Shown in pieces: positions 1 through 12,205 of a DNA stretch of 64,000 nucleotides (the first letter of the stretch is position 1; each line of letters starts with the position of its first letter). Under the pieces are notes generated by a model, which saw only the letters and a list, made by a program, of their open reading frames with translations, was not told where the DNA came from and did no database searches. The position numbers and the translations under genes are program-made. The stretch is taken from positions 10,168,001-10,232,000 of the forward strand of contig OX597826.1 in the NCBI GenBank assembly GCA_951406725.2. Reading direction: 5' to 3'. The DNA comes from Octopus vulgaris. Its lineage: Eukaryota.

Positions 1-148
1 GTTGGGTATTATTTCTAGCAGGCTGTATGAACACATAAAGGTTCCTTCACTGTATCATGTGACAGTTTGTTACTGACACATTATTTCTAACGACCAGGTT
101 TAATTCTATTGTTGTGGTAAAGGTTGATCATATTATTAAACTTTATTA

Positions 149-558
149 GGATCTTTGCGGTTTGAACGGCAGTTTTTTCTAGCGGTGTCATATGAAATTG
201 TCACCCATAATTATGACCCTAGTATCAATCTATTGCATTTCAATCTGTTTTAGGGTTAGGGGTGGGGGGAAGGGTATATTTTTTACTTCTCAAATGTAAA
301 TAAACCCAATCTGTTTCTTAAACGAGGGACATATTCATACGGCACAGAATGTTTTTTTTACTTCAATAGAGGTCATTGATTGGTTGAAATTGCAGAAATT
401 GAAGAAAAACAACAAATATCTTACAAACAATAGAATTTTCTCAATAAAGCCAAGAGAAAAAGATTTTTTATAAACACATTCTACCAGTATACGAAGTTTA
501 AAATTTTTTAGTTACTTAGAAATTATGTTAAAAACTGCCGTTCAAACCAAAAAGATCC
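149..558. mobile_element. MITE with GGATC...GATCC TIRs, 8-bp TSD and internal TTAGGG repeats (copy 1)
   Basis: TIR ggatctttgcggtttgaacggcagtttt / aaaactgccgttcaaaccaaaaagatcc. TSD ctttatta (141-148) / atttatta (559-566). Confidence 0.85.
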
Positions 559-950
559 ATTTATTATGACAGTAAAAATTGATGACCAATAAACTTCATT
601 ATAACAGTCAAAGGTCATCACCATCATTTTAACATCCACTTTTCCATGCTTGCATTGGTCAGATAGAGTTTATATATAGGCAGATTTTTTCAACAGCTGG
701 ATACCCTTCCTGTCACCAACCCTCACCTATTTCCAAGCAAGATAATATTTCCACTTTCCCTGACATGTTTTTTGTATAGAAGACTGGAAATGAAATCATA
801 CTGCTTGTATGACATGACACTCGTATATATATATAAATATCACATGATGTCCAAGACAACAGACCACATACAAACACACACACACAAACACACAAACACA
901 ACTACATGCAAACACTCACAGACAGACAGACAGACAGACAGACACACACA

Positions 951-1020
<70 letters not shown>

Positions 1021-1026
<6 letters not shown>

Positions 1027-1241
1027 GAGGTGCTGAAAAGTACCTGGCTTTGGGCAAAAGTAAATACAGGAAGATAATTTAATTATGATTTTAGTCAGCA
1101 TATTTCTCTTTCAGATTCACAAACTTATTTGCAGCAGCCCTTCAGTTTTTCTAAGCCCTGTAAAAGAACTCAGAGGGCTGAGCCTCCAGCGAGGCCTTTT
1201 GTGATACCCTTAAACCAGGAACTTTCCAGCATCCCCTTGTA
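1021..1241. mobile_element. Mariner-type MITE
   Basis: Imperfect TIRs cagggaggtgctgaaaagtacctgg / ccaggaactttccagcatccccttg, ending in TA. A related inverted copy lies at about 29897-30110. Confidence 0.6.
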
Positions 1242-1996
1242 TATATGTTTATGTTTGTATATGTGTGTCTTGATATGGGGGCAATAGTTGTAAATGAGCA
1301 TCACCATCATACAAGTGGTGTCATTTATATCCAAACTCCTGTGAAACCATATCTACCTATGGGGAAATATACTCTTGTTTGGAAACAAGTAAAGGTCAGT
1401 AGAAGACAGGCATCCATCTGTTGAAAATCTGCCACAACATATATTCTGTCTGACCGATGCAAGCATAGAAAATTTGTGTTAAAATGATGATGCAAATATA
1501 AGAAAACAAAGACTTGATAAATTATACCATAGCATATTAGTTTTTGGATTATATTGACTTTTCATGCTTCGATTTTTTTTTTCTTTTCGTATTTTCATTA
1601 TTGGAATTATTGCAGTTGATTTTAATGACTCTTTTGTTTCATTATTTTAATTACACTTTTACCTTTTTTTTTTTTTTATTTATTTATATTCAGTATTGCT
1701 GATGAATGTGTGCAAAAGTTTGAGCCATCATTTAACTTTTTGAAGTTAAAATTAATTTATATAACAAAATTCCTACATTCAACGTATATCTCAAAATTAC
1801 GTTGGTCAGACAACATTTTCCTGTGATATATAACTGTTGTCCTTCTCACAAGACTATCAAAAGTTAAGATGTTAGTTTTTAGTCCTCAGTCATTTAGACA
1901 AATTTATATGGCAAAAATTATTTAGAAAGACCAGATCTGATATATTTAAGGCTGGTTTCCCAAATTACTTTGTGGAATCTTGTTCAATACTCTTTC

Positions 1997-2356
1997 ATCA
2001 TCATCATCATCATCATCATCGTTTAACGTCCGTTTTCCATGCTAGCATGGGTTGGACGGTTCAACTGGGGTCTGGGAAGCCAGGAGGCTGCGCCAGACCC
2101 AGTCTGATCTGGCAGTGTTTCTACAGCTGGATGCTCTTCCTAATGCCAACCACTCCGAGAGTGTAGTGGGTGCTTTTTATGTGCTACCTGCACAGGTGCC
2201 AGACGAGGCTGGCAATGGCCACAATCGGATGGTGCTTTTTACGTGCCACCGGCATGGAGGCCAGTCGAGGCGGCACTGGCAACGGCCACGTTCGGACAGT
2301 TCTCTTACGTTCCACCGGCACTGGTATCTCAGCTACAATTTCCATTGATGTTGAAT
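1997..2356 (-). mobile_element. RTE-LINE 3' UTR copy ((GAT)n tail, tandem ~60-nt units)
   Basis: Same sequence as the 3' UTR of the RTE fragment at 28803-29846. Ends ...ggacgttaaacgatgatgatg on the - strand. Confidence 0.75.
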
Positions 2357-2521
2357 AAAATCTTTTGAAATTGTCAATAAATAACAGAACAATGATTTCT
2401 AGTGTTTCGCATAATGAAATATAGAAAAAGGAAAAAAATGTGACAGTGAAAAGTCGACAGTTTTAAAATGGGAACACTCATGTAGGACTGCTTCACTTTC
2501 GGGAGATTTGAAATGTTTTAA

Positions 2522-2741
2522 CCCTTTCGTTACCAACCCGGCTGAAGCCGGCTCTGGCACTGAGTACAAATGTCTTGTTTTCATAAGTTTTGAATTAAAA
2601 TCTTCCACCAAGCCTTAGTCACAATTTATGTTCCTAACACTAGCTTAATGATAACAAAGTTATTTTACTAAATTCTTTGATATATTTAAAGTACTTGAAA
2701 GAAACACAGAGCATCTCAACAGAAATACAGTAACGAAAGGG
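2522..2741. mobile_element. piggyBac-type MITE (220 bp), copy 1
   Basis: TTAA|CCCTTTCGTTAC ... GTAACGAAAGGG|TTAA. Confidence 0.85.
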
Positions 2742-2772
2742 TTAAAATATATAATAGAGAAACAATTCTTAA

Positions 2773-2992
2773 CCCTTTCGTTACCAACCTGGCTGAAACC
2801 GGCTCTGGCTCCGAGTACAAATGTCTTGTTTTCATAAGTTTTGAATTAAAATCTTCCACCAAACCTTAGTCACAATTTATTTTCCTAACACTAGCTTAAT
2901 GAAAACTAAGTTATTTTACTAAATTCTTTGATATATTTAAAGTACTTGAAAGAAACACAGAGCATCTCAACAGAAATACAGTAACGAAAGGG
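2773..2992. mobile_element. piggyBac-type MITE (220 bp), copy 2
   Basis: Near-identical to copy 1, with its own TTAA on both sides. Confidence 0.85.
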
Positions 2993-3237
2993 TTAATGTT
3001 AAAGTGGAAAATATAATTGCAAATGCAAATGTATCTATAAACTTATATTTATGGCCGTTAGTCATAATTTGAATTGAAAACCTTGTCAGAAAGTGAAAGT
3101 GCACCTGTGTTGTGTTGCATGTTCTTCGTTTTTTCTTTTCTTTATTCTCCCACATGAGAATAAGATACCATGCTCACGTCATATAAATTTGATGTTTACT
3201 TAATATTTACTAAGTATTAATTGAAACAGCTGTATAT

Positions 3238-3750
3238 CATCATCATCATCATCATCATTTAGCGTCCGTTTTCCATGCTAGCATGGGTTGGACGGTTCTA
3301 CTGGGGTCTGTGAAGCCAGAAGGCTTCATCAGGCCCAGTCAAATCTGGCAGTGTTTCTACGGCTGGATGCCCTTCCTAACGCCAACCACTCCGTGAGTGT
3401 AGTGGGTGCTTTTTACGTGCCACCCGCACTGGTGCCAGACAGAGCTGGCAAACGGCCACGAACGGATGGTGCTTTTTATGTGCCACCGGCATGAGGGCCA
3501 GGCGAGGCTGGCAACGGACACGAAACGGGGCGGTGCTGGCAACGGTCGCGAAACGGAAAGTTCTCTTACATGCCACCGGCACTGGTAACACATCTGCAAT
3601 TTCCATTGATCGATTTCCATTGATCGATTTCGATTCTGATCCTCACTTGCCTCAATGGGTCTTCACAAGCAGAGTTTCGACATGCCACCGGCACTGGTAG
3701 CACATCCGCAATTTCCATTGATCGATTTCGATTCTGATCCTCACTTGTAT
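3238..3750 (-). mobile_element. RTE-LINE 3' UTR copy
   Basis: (CAT)n tail on +, gtgccaccggca repeat units, internal duplication near 3570-3750. Confidence 0.75.
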
Positions 3751-3808
3751 ACATATATTTAAATTCGATTAGAGGTGTGTATAGATATGTATATATATTA
3801 GAGTTGTG

Positions 3809-4224
3809 GGATCTTTTCGGTTTGAACGGCAGTTTTTAACATAATTTCTAGGTAGCTAAAAAATTTTAAACTTCGTATATTGGTAGAATGTGTTTATAAA
3901 ACATTATTTTCTCTTGGCTTTATTGAGAAAATTCTGTAGTTTGTAACATATTTGGTCTTTAATTTCTTGCATTTCGGCAATTTCAACCAATCAATAACCG
4001 TCTATTGAGGTGAAAACATTCTGTGCCATATGAATATGTCCCTCATTTAAAAAAGAGATTAGGTTTATTTACATTTGTGAAGAAAAAAGATACCTCTCTC
4101 CCCACCCCTAACCCTAACCCTAAAACAGATTGAAATGAAATAGATCGATACTAGGGTCATAATTATGGGTGACAATTTCATATGACACCGCTAGAAAAAA
4201 CTGCCGTTCAAACCGAAAAGATCC
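3809..4224. mobile_element. GGATC-TIR MITE copy 2 (inverted relative to copy 1)
   Basis: Perfect TSD GAGTTGTG at 3801-3808 and 4225-4232. Internal (TAACCC)n. Confidence 0.9.
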
Positions 4225-4304
4225 GAGTTGTGTATAGACGTGTGTATGTATAGGACATGTATATTTGTTTATCTGAATGTGGTCGCTGCCTAACAGATAA
4301 GTAG

Positions 4305-4481
4305 GCACAGGAGTGGTTGTGTGGTAAGTAGCTTGCTTACCAACCACATAGTTCTGGGTTCAGTCCCACTGTGTGGAACCTTGGCTAAGTGTCTTCTACT
4401 ATAGCCTCAGGCCTACCAAAGCTTTGTGAGTGGATTTGGTAGATGGAAACTGAAAGAAGCCTGTTTTTATATATATATATG

Positions 4482-4576
<95 letters not shown>

Positions 4577-4778
4577 GTATATATATAACGGGAAGGTTTA
4601 CAAAAATAAACAAAAGACGAAGGCAGGTGGAGTACAAACAAACAAATGTATTAGTATGGTGCTCAGGAATAGGAATAGAACAAGTCTTTTACATTTCGAG
4701 CATACGCTCTTCGACAGAAAGATACACAGAAAAGAAACAAGGAGAGAAAAAAATGCGTGTAGGCGCTAATGGTCTATC

Positions 4779-4844
<66 letters not shown>

Positions 4845-5500
4845 AAATTGCAAATCGATCAACATCAATGGAAATTGCAGCTGTGACACCAGTGCCGGTG
4901 GTACGTAAGAGAACCATCCGAACGTGGCCATTGCCAGCGCCGCCCCGACTGGACTCATGCCGGTGGCATGTAAATAGCACCATCCGATCGTGGCCGTTGC
5001 CAGCCTTGCCTGGCCCCCGTGCCGGTGGCATGTAAATAGCACCATCCGACCGTGGCCGTTGCCAGCCTTGCCTGGCCCCCGTGCCGGTGGCACGTAAAAA
5101 GCACCATCCGCTCGTGGCCATTTGCCAGCCTCATCTGGCGCCTGTGCCTGTGGCATGTAAAAAGCACCCACTACACTCCTGGAGTGGTTGGCGTTAGGAA
5201 GGGCATCCAGCCGTAGAAACACTGCCAGATCAGACTGGGCCTGGCGCAGCCTCCTGGCTCCCCAGACCCCAGTTGCACCGTCCAACCCATGGAAAGCGGA
5301 CGCTAAACGATGATGATGATGATGTATGTATGTATGTGTGTGTCTGTGTTTATACCCCCAACATCACTTGGCAACCGATGCAGGTGAGTTTATGTCCCTG
5401 TAACCTAGCAGTTCAGCAAAATAGACCAATAGAATAAGTACAAGGCTTACAAAGAATAAGTCCTGGGGCTGCAGTGAAATGATTGAAACAAGTAAAAGGA
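4305..5500 (+). mobile_element. tRNA/CORE-like SINE split by insertions into its central microsatellite
   Basis: Head at 4305-4465 (box A/B-like, ccttggctaagtg core) and tail at about 5330-5500, both matching intact copies at 22333 and 34185. The interval holds (CA)/(TA)n, an HHR mini-element and an RTE 3' UTR. Confidence 0.7.
4842..5324 (+). mobile_element. RTE-LINE 3' UTR copy with about 5 tandem units
   Basis: gtgccggtggca(c/t)gtaaa(a/t)agcacc units, ggcgttaggaagggcatccagccgtagaaa, (GAT)n tail. Confidence 0.8.
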
Positions 5501-5945
5501 ATAATATAAAAAAAAATGTACTCTACAGAAAAAAAGTATTGAGTAATTCTTCAATTTAATGTAAAAATTGCTTCTATTATAACTCGACATAATAATGTGT
5601 GTGTGTGTGTGTGTGTTCATGCATGTGTGTGTGTTCATGCATGTATGTGTGTGTTTATTCGTAATGATGTGTGAAGTGTAATTTTTTGACAGATGTATGT
5701 AGTTCTGTATTTGTGTTGTGTGTTTATGTGTAGGACATATTCTGCTGACCTTTTACACTGTTTTCTCATTCTCTCTCTCTCTCTCTCTTATCAGTGTTCT
5801 CTCTCACATTCTTAAGTCCCCCCTCCTTTCCTTGACAGACATAACACTCATACTTTCTCTGTCACAATTGCTTCTTTCTTTTTCTTCTCTTCCTTTGTGG
5901 ATGTATACTACATACCTTTTTCCATTGTATTCTACATACTTTCAT

Positions 5946-5993
<48 letters not shown>

Positions 5994-6275
5994 GCGTGCA
6001 TTTGCACCGATGTATTGCAAGCTTGAAAGAGTTGATATCAGGGATCTGATAAACTTGATTGGACATATTTCTGACTCTTTTGTTTTCATCTCAAATTTTG
6101 CAGTTAAGACTTGATGATATCCAAAACATGAACTTATAATTTTCAGTGACATCGATACGTCAGACTCTCTTAAATTCTGATTATGTTACAATAAAAATTT
6201 TCTATTTTGAAAACCTCCATGACATTAACAATTATTTGTATATTTCTGATTGCTGTTTTGCCCCGACTTCACTCT

Positions 6276-7061
6276 TGTTGAAAGGAATTAGTAATAATGG
6301 TACACCACCTCCCACATGATGAATGGAATGACCTAGTCATTATAAATAAGGAGAAGTACATCAAGTTTGAGAGTACTTAGTAGGTGGTCACAGATAGTCA
6401 TGTCTTTATTGGTTTTACTAAGAATACTGAAATGGGTGTTATAACTACCCAACATTTTAAGATTATAATAGTGGCAACAAGGATTTAAACAACCCATGAG
6501 AAATTAATAAACTCGACGAGGATAAAATAATTCATATGGAGTTAATAGGAACTTGGAGAGGAGTTAATAAGCTCACAAAGTTTTTTTGTGTGAATTTTAT
6601 GAAAAAAAAAATCGTAAAATTATGGAAAATTTGTTGGCTGGTTTGCTCAAGTTGCAAAAACAGCAACAACAGCAACTGAAAGAACATAGCAGCAGCAGAT
6701 ACAATTGCAAGAGCAACAACAACAAATGCTGCAATTACTGAAGTCATCAGGAAAGTCAGAAAGTGTGTTCTCACCAGACTATGTTGCAAACTACGTAGCA
6801 GAGTTCGAATATGAGCCAGACGAAGGAGTTACCTTCAAGACATACTACAGAAGATATGGGCAAATCTTTGAGAATAAATATAAAGATTGGGATGCTGAGA
6901 TGAAAACGCTTAATCTTGAGAAAACAGAACATGAATGATACAGTAATTATGTACTCCTAAGAAAACTTTTGGACATAAACTTTAATGACACAATAGATAT
7001 ATTGGGTAAAATTTTCAGTGAAAAAAGCTCATTGTTCAACACACGTTGGAAGTGTCTGAAC
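6276..7061 (+). mobile_element. Gypsy (Mag/K02A2.6-like) LTR retrotransposon 5' remnant: LTR, PBS, frameshifted gag
   Basis: TGTTG start, PBS-like tggcaacaagg at about 6472. gag fragments read AEFEYEPDEGVTFKTYYRRYGQIF...EHE*YSNYVL...FNDTIDILGKIFSEKSSLFNTRWKCLN. Confidence 0.75.
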
Positions 7062-7616
7062 TATTTTTGTTCTTTAGCTTCTTTTAGTTTTCATGGCTAA
7101 GTCCACATCTGTGTGCTGCCCTGTAGTGTAAATCTTTCGGAATTTTCATTTTGATCCTTTTCTGATTTGTCAGAAATAATAATTTTCATAATTTTTATGT
7201 TAGGCTTTTGATGATGTATTTGCTAATAGCACATGAAGCCTAATTAATCACTAATTCAGTCATTACTGATCTGGGGGTAACATGGTTTACTCAGCCATGA
7301 ACCATGTTGCATGTATCATGAATTGATCTGTGATGACATGGGTCAGCGATGAATTGAAGATTCTATGTGTACCACAAAAATGCACCCAAGCAACCACCCA
7401 CAGTGCTCAGCTACCCAGAATGCACTGTTTATTGTTTATGTTCACATGACTGTGCTGTGAGGCTGTGTATTTTTTTTTTATATGAAATTACAAACATGTA
7501 CCATCAACATGGGACGAGTGAATAAAGAAAATACAAAGGTACCTGGTCCTAACAAACAATACAGATGGGCGTCTTCTTTACAGGAAAAGGTAGAGATGTT
7601 CAAGAAAATATGTGAT

Positions 7617-8015
7617 TGTAGTGACGCTATTTTTGGAAGTTTTCAGCACGCATGCGCAGAGTTGGATTACTTCCGGTAGGCCACTGGAAGTTCCCTCATG
7701 CACATGTGCAGAGAACTGCAAACTGAAAGCGTTCCCGCTAAATCTGTCTTTTTGAGTCAGCAACCCTACCGAGTGGACGTGACCAACCTTCTCTCAGGGA
7801 AAACCCTACATGTAGAGAAGCTCTCTTCTAAGTGGGAACGGAGACGGTAAATTTTGGCTCACACAAGTGAACATTTGTGAACAGTCTTGTGGACTTGGCT
7901 ACCGGTTCGCCCTTAAGGAAAATATATGTGTGTATATTTTTATTTGTGAAACCTGGAAAATAAAGTATTATTTATTGCTATTGAAGTCAGTCGGATTTTG
8001 GTTCTCCCTTCGACA
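7617..8015 (+). mobile_element. Possible solo LTR
   Basis: Starts TGTAGTG, CpG-richer than its flanks, AATAAA near 7960, ends ...CGACA. No clear TSD. Confidence 0.35.
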
Positions 8016-10653
8016 ATTTTATGTGACGAGATAAAACAGACACCCCTCAGGTGTTCCTGAGACCTTCATCTTGTTACATGATGATGGGAGCCTTGCTGCT
8101 GCAAACAATGAGTTTGGTGTCAGTCAATCTACCATTTGATCCATTTACAAAGTATGTGGAGATGATTCAGCTACCACTGTATTTATTTTTTAATCAAACC
8201 ACTGTGATGCACATGGATAGACATATTATCAATTTACTAGCAGCAGCACCTGCTGCCATTCATCTCTGGCTTCCTTACTTTGCCATTCCAACTATGTCCT
8301 GATACCTTCTCCTTGCAAGTATACCCTGTCACTTCCCACTGTCCCTCTCCTGCTCCTGCTGTCTCACACTCTCTCTTTCCCTTGCTCTTCAATCTGGCTG
8401 AGTAACCCTTTATCTCCTCTTTAGCAGCACACCTGCTTCTGCTCTCATTCTTGATCACTCTCTCTCCTTCCTTTTGCTCTTACCTTTGGCCAGGTAACCA
8501 TGTATCTCCTTTACAGCAGCACACCTCTTTCATGCTAATTTCTCTCCCCCTCTCTCTCTAGGTAATCATGTTCTCCTCTTCAGCAGCACACCTTTTTCTG
8601 CCCTCATTCATGTTAACTCTCCCTCTCTCTGGCTGGGTAACCATGTACCCCCTCTGCAGTAAGACATCTATTTCTATGTCATACTCTAACCTTTCATGAT
8701 CTGTCACAAGATCACCTCCTCCAATACTTGCTCCCCCATCAAAGATTCCTTGCCTTGCAAAGTTACTTGGTAACCCTGCCAGTGCAGGTGCCATTTAAAA
8801 GCACCCTGTCCACACTGTAAACTGGTTGGCATTTGGAAGGGTATCCAGCTTTAAAAACCCATGCCAAACTGTCTTCGCCTGTGCAAGTGCCACGTAAAAA
8901 GCACCAGACCACTCTGTGGAGTGGTTGGTGTTAGGAACCATGCCAAAACAGGCACAGTAGCCTGGTGTACTCTTCTACCTGGCTGGCTCCTGTTAGACCA
9001 TCCAAACCATGGCAACATGTAAGATGGAATGATGATAATGATGATGACCAGCACCGAAAAAACAGCTTTCGACATTTTTGGTGCTTGAAAATGTCTTCAA
9101 TTCCGTCTTCAAACAATTGATTATTTGAATACTTTTGTGGATAAAAGAGTATCGAGAAATGATAATTTTGCTTATTATAGCCTGACAGAGTTAATAATTT
9201 TCAGAAATTTTGATTAGTTATACAGCAAAAATTGGATTAAAAAAAAAACAAAACAATTTTAATTACTGTCAGTTTTAATAATTTTGGTGACAGATGTGCC
9301 AAAGTTGATAATTTTCCTGGTTATATATCAAGATGCTTAATTTTGATGACTCCATTTCTGTTAAAATTTTTAAGAACAATAGCATAAATAGCCATAATTG
9401 CGATAAATGATAAAGTATGATTTACAAGTGGAATCCATAATTTTCTTAAAGGCAGAGCAACTGTATAACACCTGATCACACAAATCAAATGTTTTTGCAA
9501 ACAAGAATACAGTGTCATGAGCAAGTTAGACATGATATCAACCACAAATTTATTAGTAAAAAGAAAAAAAGAAAACATCAAACCAAGAACGGAATCTGGG
9601 AATACAAAATAGTGTCTGACAATGCAGAAGGTTTCACAAAACCTTTATATTTCAGGCACAAAAGCCCATCCTCAGAAGATACTACACTGCTTCAAGCAAA
9701 CTACAATACTCTTAAATCTTAAAGTTATTTCATGTTTCATGGCTGTGTGGTTAAGAAGTTCACTTTGCAACCATGTGGTTTTGAGTTCAGTCCCACTGCG
9801 TCGCAGCTTGGACAAAAGTGTCTTCTACTATAGCTCCATGTCAATCACTGTCTTGTGAATGGATTGAAACTGTATGGAAGCCTGTCACATATATATATAT
9901 ATATATAATATATAAATATATGCATATATACATTCATATATGTACATACCTACATATATATGTATATATACATGCATATATGGGTACAGGACACCAAAAA
10001 ATGTTGAACACAATGAGAAACGAAAACATAAAACAAAAACATAGAAAGAAACTTTTTTTCAAACACCGAAAAAAACAGAGATACGAGACATACAACATAA
10101 AGAATATTCCCCTTCTTCAGTTGTCCCTATTTCATCTACTCCGTGTTTCGAAGGCAAGGACAAGATGCGACTTCATTGAAACAGTCCTTCCCGCAAAGCA
10201 AATTAAATAAAATTTGAGATTTTTTGCCAAATACATATACACACACATGCAAACACATGCATACACACATGTGTGTGTATGTGTGCATATATGTCTGTGA
10301 CTGTTTACAAAACTATGCCGTGTGACCATTTCCAGTTCACCTACAGTTAGTGACTTCTGGTTGGGCTGCAATTTTGTTCAACAAATTATCTGCCAGCTTT
10401 CTGTTTTTGAATTCCTGTTGAATAAAATGAAAGAATAAAAAAAAAATCCTCAATTAAACAACAGGTAAGGATTGGCTACTGGAAATTTATCCAGCCGTAA
10501 CATCCTACCTCAGTTTTCTTCTTCTGTCTCTAATCTAGGCTAGCTTTGAAAAGCAGACATTAAATGAGATGACCAAACAAATAGAAGATGATAGAACTGC
10601 TCAAGTATCAGAGTTAGGAGATCAGCAATGGAGCATGAAGTGTGAAAGCCATA

Positions 10654-10760
10654 TCCTCCTCCTCCTCCTCCTCCTCCTCCTCCTCTTCATCATTATCCTC
10701 ATCATCATCACCATCATCACCATCATCATCATCATCACCATTATCACCACCACCACCACC

Positions 10761-10812
<52 letters not shown>

Positions 10813-10826
10813 ATCACCATCATCAT
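10654..10826. repeat. Compound (CCT)n(CAT)n(CAC)n microsatellite
   Basis: Direct reading of the sequence. It explains the poly-L/I/T/S/P ORFs. Confidence 0.95.
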
Positions 10827-11797
10827 TTAATATCCATATTTCCATTCCTGCATGGACAAACAGGATTTGCTGAGGCAGATGTTTTTTATGGCCGATCGCC
10901 TTTCTTGTTGCTCACTTTCACCCATTTCCAAGTAAGGTCAAATTTCCCTGTGGCCAGACATTTTTTTTTTCACAGAAGACTGGAAATAAACAATCTCACT
11001 TGTATGATGATGATGATGATGATGCTTGCTTACAACCATCACATGATGTCTAGACAAGAGAATACACACATATATACACACACACATACACATATATACA
11101 CACATATATTTATATGTTTCAGCTTTTGTCTGCCAAATCCACTCACAAGGCTTTTGTTGGCCTAGGGTTATAGTACATGAGACTGTACGCTAGGATTGAA
11201 CCCAAGATCACAGGATTGGGAAGACAGCTCCTTAACCACCCAGCCATACCTGTATCACCTTCCATACTTTTAGAATATTACTAATTCAGCATAACTTCAT
11301 TAGCTTTCTTTTAGTTAATTCTGAATAAAGAGAAATCTGCTATTCAAAATTTTGGCCTTTAATTAACACTGCTTCAAGCGAAATCACTTGCAAATTTAAG
11401 ATGTTAGGCATGGAGGTCAAACTTACAGCACTTGACCAGTGATGTGTCTTTACCACCACCCCCGTCCCCCACCACCTTCATCTACATCATGGGGCCATGC
11501 TCTTCTGGCATCCTTTGATGTATAGACTAAACACAAGTGGTTACTATTTTAAAGATAAGTAAGAAAGTTTTCTTGAAGAAGATTTTGATGCTGCATTGTG
11601 CAGATTGAGGTGTTAGCTTATGATTTTCCCCTGGCTAGAACAGTTATTGCTGTTCCATTCCTGTTTAGCCCTCACCATATGAATAAATAAGATACCATTG
11701 GTTTCAATGGTAATGGTATTCAGTTGTTTGATCATGTGAACTATTTGATCATTAAGTATTTAGATTGATTATAGGTGCCAACATGGCTGTGTGGTTA

Positions 11798-12205
11798 AAA
11801 TAATAATAATAACAATGAAATTATTGTATACAGTGCTCGGGTGCACCACAACTTGTCAAAAGTGCGCATAAAGCATATGCAGTAATGTACAAATGTCTGA
11901 GAAGTGAACAGTGTATGAGTCAGATGCATGCTTGTGTGTGTATGGAGGGGAGAAAATCAGGTGTAGTGTTGGCGAATCTCAGGAAGCATGGAAATTTTGA
12001 AGGATGCAGTGCTCCGACAACAACTGATGCCAGCAGTTTGTTCCATGCTTCAGCAACTCTCAGCGTGAAAAAATGTTTCCGAAAGTCATGGGAGCTGTGC
12101 TGTTTTCTGACTTTGTAAACATGTCCATGGGTGTTAGACAGGTGGAGTTTGAAAAGGTGCTCAGAGTTATTGTTAGTAAGATGGTTAATAATTTTATGGG
12201 TGTCT
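11798..12205 (-). mobile_element. CR1-type LINE 3' fragment
   Basis: THGHVYKVRKQHSSHDFRKHFFTLRVAEAWNKL matches the CR1 ORF2 C-terminal RGH..K....R..FF..RV...WN.L pattern. (ATT)n tail. Confidence 0.8.

Noticed and set aside
4890-5170. Repeat-and-variable-spacer array resembling CRISPR
   Set aside because: Eukaryotic context, no cas genes, the 'spacers' are homologous to each other, and the array is part of a dispersed RTE 3' UTR.
9321-9722. Non-repetitive ORFs on both strands
   Set aside because: No recognisable motif or convincing splice sites.
10040-10215. GAAAC and CTGAAGA on the - strand (similar arrangement at 35290-35345)
   Set aside because: The order and helices do not build a consistent hammerhead. 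Possibly PLE-derived but unsupported.
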